A stretch of 64,000 bases of DNA from a virus, in IMG/VR virus record IMGVR_UViG_3300048924_000605, positions 1 through 64,000 of that record; one strand, written 5' to 3'. Every line of letters starts with the position of its first letter. Position 1 is the stretch's first letter. Shown in pieces: positions 38,309 to 48,579 of this stretch. The notes beneath the pieces are model-generated. The model worked only from the letters and a program-made list of their open reading frames with translations, was not told the DNA's origin and searched no databases. Position numbers and translations under genes: made by a program.

Positions 38309-39316
38309 TTACGCCTTCAGCTTCACCAGCAGCGCCGGCCGGTGACACATCGGTAGCGGATTGGACTGGGTGTGCAGATCGGTGCCGCGATCAAATTTTC
38401 GCGGCGCTTGCTTGCTGTAGAGCAACTGGCCCAACGTGTTGACAGTCTCGTTGAAGTCGGCCGGCGCCACATAGGTCGCAAACGTGTCCAGCGTACCGAG
38501 AGGGAACGCGTGGCCTTCGCCTTCGGCGATGAATCGCCGGGAGGTACCCTCCGGATCGCTGGCCTCTCCGGTGTATTCCTCGAAGCGAATGCCCGCCAAG
38601 CGAAAGTCGGTGCGCATGTCGTCGCGCAGCGCCGCACCCTCCTGCCAACGCGCGTAGGCTTCCTTGACCAGCTTGTGCCCTGTTAGCGCGTCGAAGAACT
38701 CCGGCGACACCAGCACATGAATGCTGCTCATGCGCTCGCCCTTCAAGGACGCGCTCATGTAGCGCTTGAGATCCAAGCACTTCTTGCGCGGGTCCAAGTC
38801 CTGATTGCTCAACTGGAAGTTGAACGTCTCCGGCCGGATGTTGAAGATATCGAACAGGTTCGCCAGTTCGCTGCCATCGGCGTCCAAGATCACACCCTTG
38901 AGCGCACCGATGCGAAGATGCTCCAAAGTGATCGCGTGCTTGTTGCGCATCGTCTGCAGGTGATCAGCCATCACACCGGCAATGGTTTCCAGATCGGTCT
39001 CAGTACCGAAGGCACGAACACCCACTACCTCTTCGGGCAACACCACGTCCTCGTGAGGGATATGTGGCACGTTGAACGCACGTAGCGCTCGCTTGCCGCG
39101 CTTGCCTACCGACCCCGGGGAGCCGACCGGCTGAGTCGGCAGCAGCGACAGTACGCCGTTTCGCTCCTCGACGGTCACCTGGCGGGTGCGGACCGGCTTG
39201 ATCGGAAACAGATTCAGCTCGTCCAGTCGCCCGTACTGGTTCGGCAGGAGATTGATGGCCGTGGTCAGCGCGCTGACGGAGAACGCGGGATTGTGGAACG
39301 GATTGTTCATCGACAT
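38309..39316 (-). CDS. major capsid protein (lambda E family)
   Basis: LTTAINLLPNQYG, TLEHLRIGALKG, TQSNPLPMCHRP. Confidence 0.9.
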   Translation of the reverse strand: MSMNNPFHNPAFSVSALTTAINLLPNQYGRLDELNLFPIKPVRTRQVTVEERNGVLSLLPTQPVGSPGSVGKRGKRALRAFNVPHIPHEDVVLPEEVVGVRAFGTETDLETIAGVMADHLQTMRNKHAITLEHLRIGALKGVILDADGSELANLFDIFNIRPETFNFQLSNQDLDPRKKCLDLKRYMSASLKGERMSSIHVLVSPEFFDALTGHKLVKEAYARWQEGAALRDDMRTDFRLAGIRFEEYTGEASDPEGTSRRFIAEGEGHAFPLGTLDTFATYVAPADFNETVNTLGQLLYSKQAPRKFDRGTDLHTQSNPLPMCHRPALLVKLKA

Positions 39317-39319
39317 GGA

Positions 39320-39712
39320 TCAAATTCCTTGACGCACGAGTACGCCGATCGCCCGCAGTTGCTGGATGCAGACCGTGCGCTGTTCGGGGGTGATGGCTTT
39401 CGGCCAGACCAGGGCGTGGTCGGCGACCGTGGCGTGGCGCGCGACGATCACGCCGTCCGGGCTCGGTGCATTGGCCGTGATGATTGGTACGATCACGACG
39501 CCCTTCGCCTGCTCGCGGCCGTCGGTTGCGGCCAAGTCGAGTGCGGCCACCTGGCCGGTATCGGTGATGCGACCCACGACCTGACCGAGTTGCAGCGCCT
39601 GCTGCGCGGCCACGGTCACGCGATCGCGCGAGTAAAGGTTGTCGGCCTCGAACTTGAGCAGATCACCCAGGTTGTTCGGCTCGGACTGGGGCGGATAGAC
39701 GGTAATGCCCAT
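39320..39712 (-). CDS. head decoration protein (lambda D-like)
   Basis: LGDLLKFE..YSRD; lies between the protease and capsid genes. Confidence 0.85.
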   Translation of the reverse strand: MGITVYPPQSEPNNLGDLLKFEADNLYSRDRVTVAAQQALQLGQVVGRITDTGQVAALDLAATDGREQAKGVVIVPIITANAPSPDGVIVARHATVADHALVWPKAITPEQRTVCIQQLRAIGVLVRQGI

Positions 39713-39713
39713 C

Positions 39714-40892
39714 TCAGCGCTCCTTCTTCGATCGCGCGGCCCGCACCTTGACGGCGTGGATCAGCGGGTTGTCGTCCAACGACTGCGTAGCGGCGGCAGG
39801 TGCCGCGGCCGGCGACAGGTGGCTGGTGATCTCGGGCGACTCGGCGCGCAAGCCGAGCAGCTTGCGGCGAACGTCGGCGGTACTCAGGCGGTCGCCCAGG
39901 AACACCGCGGTCAGATCGGGACGGCCAGCGAGCGTGCAGAGCTCGGCGATCGCCAGGGCATCGCCGTGCGCTTGCGCGCGCACGGCGTCTACGTCGACGG
40001 CGGGCGCCGTCGATTCGGGGGTGGACATCGTGGGGGACTCCAGGGAAAGGGGACGCGCGGCGGCGTCCAGTTCGGTGTGCATGTGCTGCACGGCGTCGCC
40101 GAGCGTGCCGATGCGATCGGCCAGGCCGGCATCGAGCGCGTCCTGGCCGAAGAACAACCCGGCTTCGGTGGCACGGATGGCGTCCACCGCAGAACCGCGT
40201 TGCTCGGCTACGGTCAGAACGAACAACTCGTAGAGGCGGTCGACCTCGGTTTGGATCGCCGCACGCGCCTCAGGCGTCAGCGGCTGATATGGGCTGCCGT
40301 CGTTCTTGCGCGCGCCGGCCAGAATCGGGGTGTAGCTCAAGCCGGCGTTGGCATCGCGGCGCGATTGGTCAACGTGCAGCGCGATCACGCCGATGGAGCC
40401 GACGCCGGCCGTGCGCGTGACGAAGAGCTGCGTGGCGGCGCTGGCCAGGGCATAAGCAGCGGAGAAGGCGGCGTCGTTCGCGGCTGCCCAGACGGGCTTC
40501 GTCTGCCGAGCCGCGTGGATCTTGTCGGCCAGGTCGAACACGCCGGCGGCCTCGCCGCCGGGGCTATCGATGTCGAGCACGATGCCCCGTACCGCAGGGT
40601 CAGCCAGCGCGGCATCGAACTGCTGTGTAATTGCCTGATAGCTCGTCAGGCCCGACAGTGCGTCTAAGCCCGCAGTCCGCTGCACCAAAGTGCCGTGGAT
40701 GGGAATAACGGCAACACCGCGCTGATCAACGTAGCGTGGTGCCGATACCGCCGGCGGCGCCATCTGCGGCGGCGGCAGGGTCTGAAGCTCGAATTTGGGT
40801 TCGAGCACGCTCAGGATGACGTCCAGCTTGGCGCGCTGGATCAGCAGCGGCGTGTTGAACACGCGCGCCGCTAGATAGGGCAGTCCGGTCAT
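39714..40892 (-). CDS. S49 head maturation protease/scaffold (lambda C)
   Basis: LDIDSPGGE, AFSAAYALAS, GSIGV. Confidence 0.92.
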   Translation of the reverse strand: MTGLPYLAARVFNTPLLIQRAKLDVILSVLEPKFELQTLPPPQMAPPAVSAPRYVDQRGVAVIPIHGTLVQRTAGLDALSGLTSYQAITQQFDAALADPAVRGIVLDIDSPGGEAAGVFDLADKIHAARQTKPVWAAANDAAFSAAYALASAATQLFVTRTAGVGSIGVIALHVDQSRRDANAGLSYTPILAGARKNDGSPYQPLTPEARAAIQTEVDRLYELFVLTVAEQRGSAVDAIRATEAGLFFGQDALDAGLADRIGTLGDAVQHMHTELDAAARPLSLESPTMSTPESTAPAVDVDAVRAQAHGDALAIAELCTLAGRPDLTAVFLGDRLSTADVRRKLLGLRAESPEITSHLSPAAAPAAATQSLDDNPLIHAVKVRAARSKKER

Positions 40893-42382
40893 TTGACGGT
40901 TTCAGGTTCGATCGGCGCCGGCTCAGGCGGCGCGGATTGGAAGGCGCCGTTGCGGGCAACGCGGCGCGGGTCGGTGTCAAGCACCAGGCCCAGGCGGTCG
41001 GCGCGCTCGGCGTCGGCCGCGATCTCGCGGTCGATGGTCTCGGCGTCGTAGCCCGAGCTCGCGATGGCTTCCGCGCGCGACAACAGGCCCGCGCGAATCG
41101 CCAGGATCATGGCGTTGAACTCTTTCTCGGGATCGACCCAGTTCCAGCCTTGCGGCACCCACTTGCAGGCGCGGTACTGGCGTTTGCGACGCCGATAGCC
41201 CGGCAGCTCGATGGCGTCGGCCAGGACGGCCGCATCCACGAAGGCCGCCCAGATCGGCCGGCACATCTGATAGACCAGGACCGAGTGCTGGACCTGCTCG
41301 CAGCGACGCCGAAATTCCAGCAAGCCGGCGCGGATGGACGAGTAGTTGACCCCGGTCAGATCGCCGGTGAGCTGCTCGTAGGTAACCCCCATGGCCGCGG
41401 CGACCGCGCGGAACTGCGATCGCAAGAACGCCTCGTAACTGGCGCCCACGTCGGCCGGCTGGGCAAAGGCCACGTTCTCGCCCGGCTCCAAGATTTGCAG
41501 ACTGCCCGGCTCCAACCCGAGCGGCGCATTGCCGTGTTCGTCCGGCGGTGCGTCCCCCGGCAGCGGGTCGTCCGGTCCGTCGCGGGTAATGAAGCCGGCG
41601 AACATCGCCGCGGTCTTTTTACGGACCAGTTCGGCGTCGTCGTACTGGTCGAGCTCGTTGAGCTTGACCAGCGCGCGCGCGAGCCAGGGTTCGCCGCGGA
41701 TCTGCCCCGGGCGCAGCGGCCGGAAGATGTGCAGCACTTCCGACGCCGGCACGCGGATGGTGTCCAGGCCGCCGTGGCGCGTCATCGGCGCCATCGCCCC
41801 ATCCTGCGGATGGGACAGATACAGGTGGTAGGCAACCCTTCGGCCTAATCGATCAAACTCGATGCCGGCGCGGATCAAGTTCCCGTTCGGCTCTTCCCGA
41901 TTGAGGGTGATCGGCAGGTGCTCAGGCTCCAGCACCTGCAGTTGCAGGGGCACCGCGAAACCGTCCTCGGGCCGGCGCGGGCGCAGCCGGATCAGGCATT
42001 CGCCGCCCTCCAGCAGCGCGCGGCAGGCCAGGGCTTGCAGGCCATAGAGATCGGTCAAGCCGGCGGCGTCGGCTTCGTCCACGAAGTCCCGCCACAGCGC
42101 CTGGAGCGCTTCGCGCTGCACGGTGTCCGCGATCAGCGACTGCGGCTTGATGCCGGTGCCGACCGCATTGGCGACGAACGCCTCGATCGCGGCGTTGGCC
42201 CAGGCGTTGCGGCGCACCAGGTCGCGAGAGCGCACCCGCAGCGCGTCGCCGGTCGCCAGCAGCGCGGCGACCGCGCCCGGATTGCTGGGCTGCCAGGCGG
42301 TCGACCGGCGACCGTGGCCCGCGACCTCATGCGCGGGCGAGCCGCCGGACATCGCGGCCTTGAGCTTCCCCCACCAACCCAC
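40889..42382 (-). CDS. portal protein, lambda family
   Basis: RSRDLVRRN, RPGQIRGEP, NYSSIRAG, WVDPEKE. Confidence 0.93.
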   Translation of the reverse strand: MGWWGKLKAAMSGGSPAHEVAGHGRRSTAWQPSNPGAVAALLATGDALRVRSRDLVRRNAWANAAIEAFVANAVGTGIKPQSLIADTVQREALQALWRDFVDEADAAGLTDLYGLQALACRALLEGGECLIRLRPRRPEDGFAVPLQLQVLEPEHLPITLNREEPNGNLIRAGIEFDRLGRRVAYHLYLSHPQDGAMAPMTRHGGLDTIRVPASEVLHIFRPLRPGQIRGEPWLARALVKLNELDQYDDAELVRKKTAAMFAGFITRDGPDDPLPGDAPPDEHGNAPLGLEPGSLQILEPGENVAFAQPADVGASYEAFLRSQFRAVAAAMGVTYEQLTGDLTGVNYSSIRAGLLEFRRRCEQVQHSVLVYQMCRPIWAAFVDAAVLADAIELPGYRRRKRQYRACKWVPQGWNWVDPEKEFNAMILAIRAGLLSRAEAIASSGYDAETIDREIAADAERADRLGLVLDTDPRRVARNGAFQSAPPEPAPIEPETVK

Positions 42383-42384
42383 GT

Positions 42385-42603
42385 TCAGAAGCCTTTCGAG
42401 GTGGTGGTCAGCAGGCGCCGGACCTTGCGCGGGCGCCCTTCGGTCCCAGCCAAGGCCGCCTCGACCTCGCGGATCGCCGCCAGCAGCTCGTCCACCGATC
42501 GGTACTCGACCAGGCGGTCGCCGAAGCTGACGCGACGTTCGCCGCGCGCGAGCGCGGAGCGCAGCGCCTGCAATTGCTCGTGGGTATAAGGGAGGTCGCT
42601 CAT
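42385..42603 (-). CDS. gpW-like head completion protein
   Basis: V.FGDR.VEYRSVDEL; between terminase and portal. Confidence 0.85.
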   Translation of the reverse strand: MSDLPYTHEQLQALRSALARGERRVSFGDRLVEYRSVDELLAAIREVEAALAGTEGRPRKVRRLLTTTSKGF

Positions 42604-44534
42604 CGCATGAAACGGCTGGAGATCACCCGGCGGCGGCCGGAAACAGAAAGGCCGCCCGGAGAGGCGGCCTTTGACGGAATGGGTAGGGGTGGTTCAGTTG
42701 GATCAGGCGGGCGCGGCGGGCGCACCCCCACCGATCGCTCGAGCTCGCGCCAGTGGCGCTCTTCGAAACGATCGACACCGGCCTGCATCGCCGCGGCACG
42801 CGCCATGACGTAGCAGTCCAGCGCTTCGTTGCGGTCGCGGCGCTTTTCCCACACCCGTTGCGGATAGCCGTGCCGGTCCCGACGGGTGATCAAGTGCTCG
42901 GCGGTCAGCTGCTGCACGAACTCGCCGTCTACCTTTGGTAGATGGACGTAGCCCGCAGGGAACGCGGACTGGCCGTCCGGCCCGATCTCGATCGACAACC
43001 GCAGCGCGTTGTACAACTCCAGCTTGGCGATGCCGCCGGCCACGGCGAACAGCTTGAGGCCGCGCCGCAGGCGCTTGCCGGGAATGCTCACATCGACCGC
43101 GGTCGGGATGCCGATCAAGGCGGCGCCGCTACCGACACCCTTCATCGGCAGCAGGCGCGGATCGTGCGCATCGCGCGCGAACGCATAGGCCTCCTGGGTG
43201 GCGTAGCCGGTATCCAGGCCGAGCCGGGTTAGCGGCAACAGCGCGCCGGAGGCATGGGTCCATTGCTCGCGCAGCAGGCTCGCCAGCTCTGCCCAGACTG
43301 CGGCGCGCGCGGTGTCGCCCATCAAGACACGATGCTCGACCAGCCAGGTCTCACGCTCGCGACCGAACGCCCAGACCGAGACCTCGATTCGGTCCTTCTG
43401 CACGTCGGCGCCGCCGGCCAGCAACAGGCCGCCGGCCGGCACGGTGCCGATCCGGTAATCCTCGCGCCGCTCCAGCAACCGCTCCCAATCCGGGGCTTCG
43501 CCTTCCTCTTCCCAGGTCTCGCCCAGTTCGGTGTTCTTGAACGCCTTGAGCGCGGTTGCCGAACCCTGCGCCGCTTCCCACGCCGCGGCGATATCGGCCC
43601 AGCTGCGCCAGCCAACGGGCGAGTACAGCGAGGACAGGTGGTAGCCCGCCGTCTTGCCGCGGTTCTGCGGTGCCGTCGCGACCCACTGGCCGGCGGCGAG
43701 CATCGTCGTCTTCTGGTGCTCGCCGATGGGCTGTTCACAGGACTCGCAGATGTAGCGGGTCGAGCGCGGGTCGCCCCAGGTCCAGCGCAGTTGCTCGAAC
43801 CGCAGCCATTGTTGGTGGACGCAGTGCGGGCACGGCACGAAGAATCGCCGCTGGTCCGAGGCCAAGTACTCGCGCTCGATGGTGCTGGCACCAGCAATCG
43901 TCGGCGTCGACACCAGCAGAATCTTGCGCCGGATGAAGGTCCGGGTGCGCGCCTCGGCCAGCGCGACCGCATCGCCCTCGCCTTCCACGTCGCGCGGGTA
44001 GCCGTCCACTTCGTCCAGGAACAGGTAGCGCACCGGCATCGAGCGCAGGCCGACCGCGCTGTTGGCGCCGGTCAGGACCAGGACGCCGCCGCGGAACTCC
44101 TTGGCGAGGATCGTGTTGCCCGAGTCCCGCGCGCGCGAGGGCGCAATGCGCTCGCGCAGCGACGGCGACTCTTCGATCAGCGGGTCGACGCGCTGCTTCG
44201 AATTGCGCTTGGCCATCTCGACCGTGGGCGCCACGGCCATCATCGGTCCCGGCGCGCACGCGATCACGTAGCCGATCCAGTTATTGCCGCATTCGGTCCC
44301 GCCGACCTGCGCGCCTTTCATGAACACGACGCGCTCGGTCGCCGAGGCCGGCGACAGGTCGTTCATGATGTCGCGCAGGTACGGCGTTCGCGCAGTGCGC
44401 CAGCGCCCCGGCTCAGACGACGAGGTGCTCGACAGCACGCGGTCGCGGTCGGCCCAATCCGAAACGTCCAGGAAGGGATCGGGCGTCAGACCGTCGCGCC
44501 AAGCACGCGCGACGTTCTCATGGCCGTCGTACAA
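42600..44534 (-). CDS. terminase large subunit, GpA family
   Basis: KGAQVGGTE, FLDEVD, STPT, CPHC, DVQKDRIE, RNEALDC. Confidence 0.95.
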   Translation of the reverse strand: MYDGHENVARAWRDGLTPDPFLDVSDWADRDRVLSSTSSSEPGRWRTARTPYLRDIMNDLSPASATERVVFMKGAQVGGTECGNNWIGYVIACAPGPMMAVAPTVEMAKRNSKQRVDPLIEESPSLRERIAPSRARDSGNTILAKEFRGGVLVLTGANSAVGLRSMPVRYLFLDEVDGYPRDVEGEGDAVALAEARTRTFIRRKILLVSTPTIAGASTIEREYLASDQRRFFVPCPHCVHQQWLRFEQLRWTWGDPRSTRYICESCEQPIGEHQKTTMLAAGQWVATAPQNRGKTAGYHLSSLYSPVGWRSWADIAAAWEAAQGSATALKAFKNTELGETWEEEGEAPDWERLLERREDYRIGTVPAGGLLLAGGADVQKDRIEVSVWAFGRERETWLVEHRVLMGDTARAAVWAELASLLREQWTHASGALLPLTRLGLDTGYATQEAYAFARDAHDPRLLPMKGVGSGAALIGIPTAVDVSIPGKRLRRGLKLFAVAGGIAKLELYNALRLSIEIGPDGQSAFPAGYVHLPKVDGEFVQQLTAEHLITRRDRHGYPQRVWEKRRDRNEALDCYVMARAAAMQAGVDRFEERHWRELERSVGVRPPRPPDPTEPPLPIPSKAASPGGLSVSGRRRVISSRFMR

Positions 44535-44537
44535 CGA

Positions 44538-45074
44538 TTACTCCAGGCGGGCGACGAAGTCCCCGAGTTCGAACAGGTGTTGCCGCACCTCGCGCTCCAG
44601 CGCGACGTGCATCGAATGCGGGTCGATGCCTAGTTCGGCGGCGAGCATCGAGCTGATCCGCGCAGGCCAGTTAAGCCAGGCGTCGCGCTCCGCGCGCGCC
44701 AGGGCGAAGACTTGGCCGACCGCCTGCTGGCGATCGATCAGCTCGCCGCGCAGCTGCGCAATGCGCAGCTTGTGATGTTGGGCCTTGAGGACTTCGTTGG
44801 CGGTTCGAGCCTGGGCGTAGCTGTTGCTGGTGGGGACGCCACCGGCACCGTCGTCCACCAGCGTCGGTGCCGCCGCGCGCGCGCGCGCCGGCCGACTGCG
44901 CGTGCCGAGGCTCGACTGCGCCGGGTCGGTACTCGCGTCCCATTCCGCGTCGGCACGGACCGCGTCGATAGTGCCATCCGGCAGCGCCGTGATCCGTCCG
45001 GACTTGATTGCTTTATGGACGGCGGTATCGGACACGCCGCGATGGCGCCCGTAGGCGCGAATGGAAATACCCAC
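44538..45074 (-). CDS. terminase small subunit
   Basis: N-terminal HTH SIRAYGRHRGVSDTAVHKAI, GELID, ERDAWLNWPAR; directly upstream of the large subunit. Confidence 0.8.
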   Translation of the reverse strand: MGISIRAYGRHRGVSDTAVHKAIKSGRITALPDGTIDAVRADAEWDASTDPAQSSLGTRSRPARARAAAPTLVDDGAGGVPTSNSYAQARTANEVLKAQHHKLRIAQLRGELIDRQQAVGQVFALARAERDAWLNWPARISSMLAAELGIDPHSMHVALEREVRQHLFELGDFVARLE

Positions 45075-45147
45075 AGGTCGTCAATGGCAGGTCTGGGCCT
45101 CCGCGACCGCCGGCCATCGGCGCAGATTCGGATAAAAGGAAGAGGGA

Positions 45148-45179
45148 ACACCCCAACGCCCGGCGAGGCGTTGGGGTGT
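45148..45179 (-). terminator. hairpin terminator
   Basis: 13-bp stem ACACCCCAACGCC/GGCGTTGGGGTGT followed by a pyrimidine/T-rich tract on the minus strand. Confidence 0.6.
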
Positions 45180-45196
45180 GCGCTCTCACGCGTGCG

Positions 45197-45727
45197 CTAG
45201 TTGCGCGGTTCGAACTCAGCCGCGTCGCGCGCACGCTGGAGGTTCTTCACCGCCGCGCGCAGCCCCTTCTGGTAGCCGGCGTCCCGCACGTCCCAGACCT
45301 CCAGTAGCTTGATCCGTTGCAACAGCCGGTCCAGCTCATGCACCGGCAGCGCGCTGTACTCCGGCTCGTCGCCTTCGAGGTACCGATGGATATGCGTCAG
45401 CAGCGCGCGAAGCGTCAGCTCATTCGCGCCCAACTCGGTCGGCATCAAGCGGCGCTTGAACCAATCGTCTGACTGCTCGACGGCGAACTCCAACGGAGCC
45501 AGTTCGTAGCCGCAGCCTTCGATCATCCAGCTGATGATGTCCGGGTCCACGCGCCCCCTCTGATGCCCCATGCAGCGGGACGCCAGTAGGTGCGAGAGAC
45601 CGTAGCAGCCGTACAAATGCATCTTCACCTCCGGCTCGAAGGCGGGCACCGTCGACATCAGTAGCCGCTCGATGCGGTCGCCCAGCGCGCGCAGATCCGC
45701 ATTCGACTTCGCTATCCATTCGTCCAT
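45197..45727 (-). CDS. hypothetical protein (cassette 1)
   Basis: GAGGA RBS; downstream of the motif at 45768-45797. Confidence 0.6.
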   Translation of the reverse strand: MDEWIAKSNADLRALGDRIERLLMSTVPAFEPEVKMHLYGCYGLSHLLASRCMGHQRGRVDPDIISWMIEGCGYELAPLEFAVEQSDDWFKRRLMPTELGANELTLRALLTHIHRYLEGDEPEYSALPVHELDRLLQRIKLLEVWDVRDAGYQKGLRAAVKNLQRARDAAEFEPRN

Positions 45728-45865
45728 TTCGCTTTCCTCTTCGTCACCGCGCCGTCGCGGCGACGACATGAACGCTTCAAGTGGATTGAATCGCAAGCGC
45801 TTCCGCCCACGTCTCGCTACCGAGACAGCCGACGGACAGGAACAACATCTGTGGGAAGAACGAAC

Positions 45866-45894
45866 ACCCCAGCCCTATCATCGGGGGCTGGGGT
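45866..45894 (-). terminator. hairpin terminator
   Basis: ACCCCAGCCC/GGGCTGGGGT stem just downstream of the stop at 45910. Confidence 0.55.
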
Positions 45895-45909
45895 CTACGC
45901 TCTCCCGAC

Positions 45910-46158
45910 TCAGTTTGCCTCGTCGTTCAACGCCTTAATCACTGCGCCGAGATCCATATCAGGCCCGAAGTCCACGGCGCCCCGCTCGGCCAGTATCTGG
46001 ACGATGTTGACGCAAGTGGCAGCCAGCTGCTGTGCGGCGATCAATTCTTCGTCGCTGAGTTTCCGCGGATCGCCGTCGACCATATCCTCGAGAACGCCCT
46101 CGCAGTCCCTCAAGGCCACCAGCGTGTTATGGAATCGGCAGTACGACATGTTCGTCAT
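45910..46158 (-). CDS. hypothetical phage protein (NMSYCRFHNT; cassette 2)
   Basis: 82-aa acidic ORF downstream of the motif at 46198. Confidence 0.65.
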   Translation of the reverse strand: MTNMSYCRFHNTLVALRDCEGVLEDMVDGDPRKLSDEELIAAQQLAATCVNIVQILAERGAVDFGPDMDLGAVIKALNDEAN

Positions 46159-46287
46159 TTCTGTTCTCTAGGTTCGCCGCGTCATTGCGGCGAGCAGATG
46201 AACGCTTCCTTCGCCAAGGAAGCCAAGCGGAAGATGCGCCGCTCGCGAGTGAAGACAGGGTTCCGACAGCTTCGTGCAGCGGCGCGC

Positions 46288-46794
46288 CTACTCCGGAAAC
46301 TGCCCGAGCGCTTGCGCCAACCCGCTGACCGCGAAGCTGATGCCGTGCTGGTACTCGGCGTCGCGCGGCCGGAATACGTACAAGCGCTCGACCAGATCCC
46401 GCGCCTGCTCGACCCACTGGCGCGGCGTCAGCGCCGGCCGACACTGGAGATAGACGTCCATTTGGCCGGCCGCAGCGGCGAATGCAGCGCTGACGGCAGC
46501 GTTGCGCCGCTTGGCTCGCCGCCCCCTGAAGCCGCCCCGCACGCGCCGCTCCCACACATGCAGCTCTTCATCTGCGGCACGCACCCGCGCGCACAGTTCG
46601 ACCGCTTCAACGCGCCGCGCCCGGTCCAGGCGCGACCATGGTTTCAGGAACCGCGCCAGCGCCTCGCACGCCTGGGTCGTGCAGACCCCGTACTCCCACA
46701 CCGGCTCCAAATCGGTTGGCGCTTCTTCGACCAACCAACGAATCCGCTTGGGCAGCGTGCCCAGCGTGAACAGTGCGTCCTGTGCGTCTTGCAT
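46288..46794 (-). CDS. hypothetical protein (cassette 3)
   Basis: GGAG RBS before ATG 46794. Confidence 0.55.
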   Translation of the reverse strand: MQDAQDALFTLGTLPKRIRWLVEEAPTDLEPVWEYGVCTTQACEALARFLKPWSRLDRARRVEAVELCARVRAADEELHVWERRVRGGFRGRRAKRRNAAVSAAFAAAAGQMDVYLQCRPALTPRQWVEQARDLVERLYVFRPRDAEYQHGISFAVSGLAQALGQFPE

Positions 46795-47019
46795 CTGATT
46801 TCTCCGGCCACCGCCTCTTGCGGCACGGCATGAACGCTTCAATTTCGGCGAAATCCAAGCGGTGCCGCCGCGTTCTGGACAGCAGGCGGACAGCTTCGCC
46901 CGCTCCTGTCTGTCAGCTGTCCGGACACGCAGAATCGCCGCGCGCCCTAGCGAAAGCGCTTGGCTTCCAGCCGAACCGAAGCGTTCATGCGTCCACCCAA
47001 CGCGGCCAAGGAGGCCACC

Positions 47020-47406
47020 ATGAACGACACGCTATTCGCCGAAATCGCCCTAGAGCACATCGGGATTACCACACTGGAAAGTCGCAAGCGCGACGATCTG
47101 GACTTCTACAGCGTCGCAGTCTGGGAGCTTCGCGACGTCATGCGGTCGGCGTATCTGGCCGGATACGCCGCCGCGCTGCGCGCGGCGCAGGGCGCCGCAC
47201 CCGCATTGCCCACAGAGCGCCACACCATAACGGGCGAAGCCTGGCTAGGCGCGGGCGAAGCGAGCGACTACGGCGATGTTCCGAACGGCTACACGGTAAC
47301 CACCCTGCCGATTCCCGAGGTGGACCTGCTGAGCTACCGATGGCAGGAGCGGCGCGCTTGCGAGGTGTTGATCCCGATGGCCATCCGGCACCGCCGCATC
47401 GACTAA
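47020..47406 (+). CDS. DUF6900-like protein (cassette 4)
   Basis: IALEHIGITTLESRKRDDLDFYSVAVW..AYLAG; AAGGAGG RBS. Confidence 0.75.
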   Translation: MNDTLFAEIALEHIGITTLESRKRDDLDFYSVAVWELRDVMRSAYLAGYAAALRAAQGAAPALPTERHTITGEAWLGAGEASDYGDVPNGYTVTTLPIPEVDLLSYRWQERRACEVLIPMAIRHRRID

Positions 47407-47421
47407 GGCACATCGCCACCG

Positions 47422-47450
47422 AAGCCCCCGCCCGAGCGGGGGCTTTTCTG
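47422..47450 (+). terminator. rho-independent terminator
   Basis: AAGCCCCCGC-CCGA-GCGGGGGCTT followed by TTCTG. Confidence 0.8.
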
Positions 47451-47583
47451 TTCCGAACTCCGAAGCTGTCCGACACCTGTCCGTGAACGAGAACGATCGT
47501 TCTTCTTCCCAGAAACCGCTTGGCTTCATCCGAGAAGGAAGCGTTCATGCGTCCACACCAACGCGGCCACGGAGGCCACCACG

Positions 47584-47808
47584 ATGAACGCCAAAGACCT
47601 GCTCAACGACTACCTGCGCGGCATGGCGCAGCACGAGCGCGGCATCTTCACGCTGCTTAGCGAGGAAGAGATCACCGCCCTAGCACAAGCCGAATTGAAG
47701 CGGCGCGCGGCCGTCACGCTGCAGCGCTTCGACTCCGAGATCATCGCCGGCTTGACGACCGGCGACATCTCGCTCCACAGGGCCATCGCCGATGTCTGCA
47801 CCGCCTGA
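47584..47808 (+). CDS. hypothetical protein (cassette 5)
   Basis: GGAGG RBS; 74 aa. Confidence 0.65.
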   Translation: MNAKDLLNDYLRGMAQHERGIFTLLSEEEITALAQAELKRRAAVTLQRFDSEIIAGLTTGDISLHRAIADVCTA

Positions 47809-47983
47809 CGCCGAACTCTGGTTCCTCAAGGCGCTGCACACGTCGGTATTGCTTGCCGCCGCCAACGGAACCCTCGACCTCAACCAACTCGCCCGCGATG
47901 AGCTGATCCGTCGCGGGCTGGACCCCGAAGGCGAGTGGGTTGGCCCCAGCCGCGCGCGGGAACTGCACCACCCCAACCACTAA
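47792..47983 (+). CDS. hypothetical phage protein
   Basis: G.LDLNQLA..EL..RGLD.EG.WVG pattern; overlaps the previous gene. Confidence 0.6.
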   Translation: MSAPPDAELWFLKALHTSVLLAAANGTLDLNQLARDELIRRGLDPEGEWVGPSRARELHHPNH

Positions 47984-47997
47984 CTAGGAGAACAACC

Positions 47998-48579
47998 ATG
48001 AGCAACATCGAACTCACCACCAACCAGCGCGCCGTTTTGGAACTGGCCGTGGCCACCGAAGGCCGCATCGAAGCCTACCCCGCCGGCCTGCTGGGCGGCG
48101 CGCGCACCAGCGTCGTGCGCGGCCTGCTGCGCAATGAACTGGTCGAGCCGCACGACGCCGGCTACCGCCTGACGGCGGACGGCTACGCGGCCATCGGGGT
48201 CGAGGCGCCGCCCAGCAACACCGGCGCCGGCGGCAGCGACAGCAAGGCGCCGAACACCGCCGCCCCCGGGAACGAGACCGCGACCACCGCGCTGGTCGCG
48301 CCGAGCAAGCCCAATCGCGCCGCGCGCGGCGACACCAAGCTGGCCACGGTGGTCAGCCTGCTGATGCGCCCCGAGGGCGCCACCATCGCGCAGATCATGG
48401 CCGCGACCGAATGGCAGCAGCACTCGGTGCGCGGGTTCCTGGCCGGCGCGGTCAAGAAAAAGGGCTACACGACCACGAACAGCAAGGAAGGCGACGGAGA
48501 GCGCGTGTACCGCATCGCGACCGATAACGCGAAAGCCGATGCCGCAAGCGCGAATCCGCAGGCCGATGAGGAGGAGTGA
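47998..48579 (+). CDS. DUF3489 (winged-helix-like) protein
   Basis: TKLA..LLMRPEGATIAQIMAATEWQQHSVRGFLAG..RVYRI; AGGAG RBS. Confidence 0.85.
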   Translation: MSNIELTTNQRAVLELAVATEGRIEAYPAGLLGGARTSVVRGLLRNELVEPHDAGYRLTADGYAAIGVEAPPSNTGAGGSDSKAPNTAAPGNETATTALVAPSKPNRAARGDTKLATVVSLLMRPEGATIAQIMAATEWQQHSVRGFLAGAVKKKGYTTTNSKEGDGERVYRIATDNAKADAASANPQADEEE

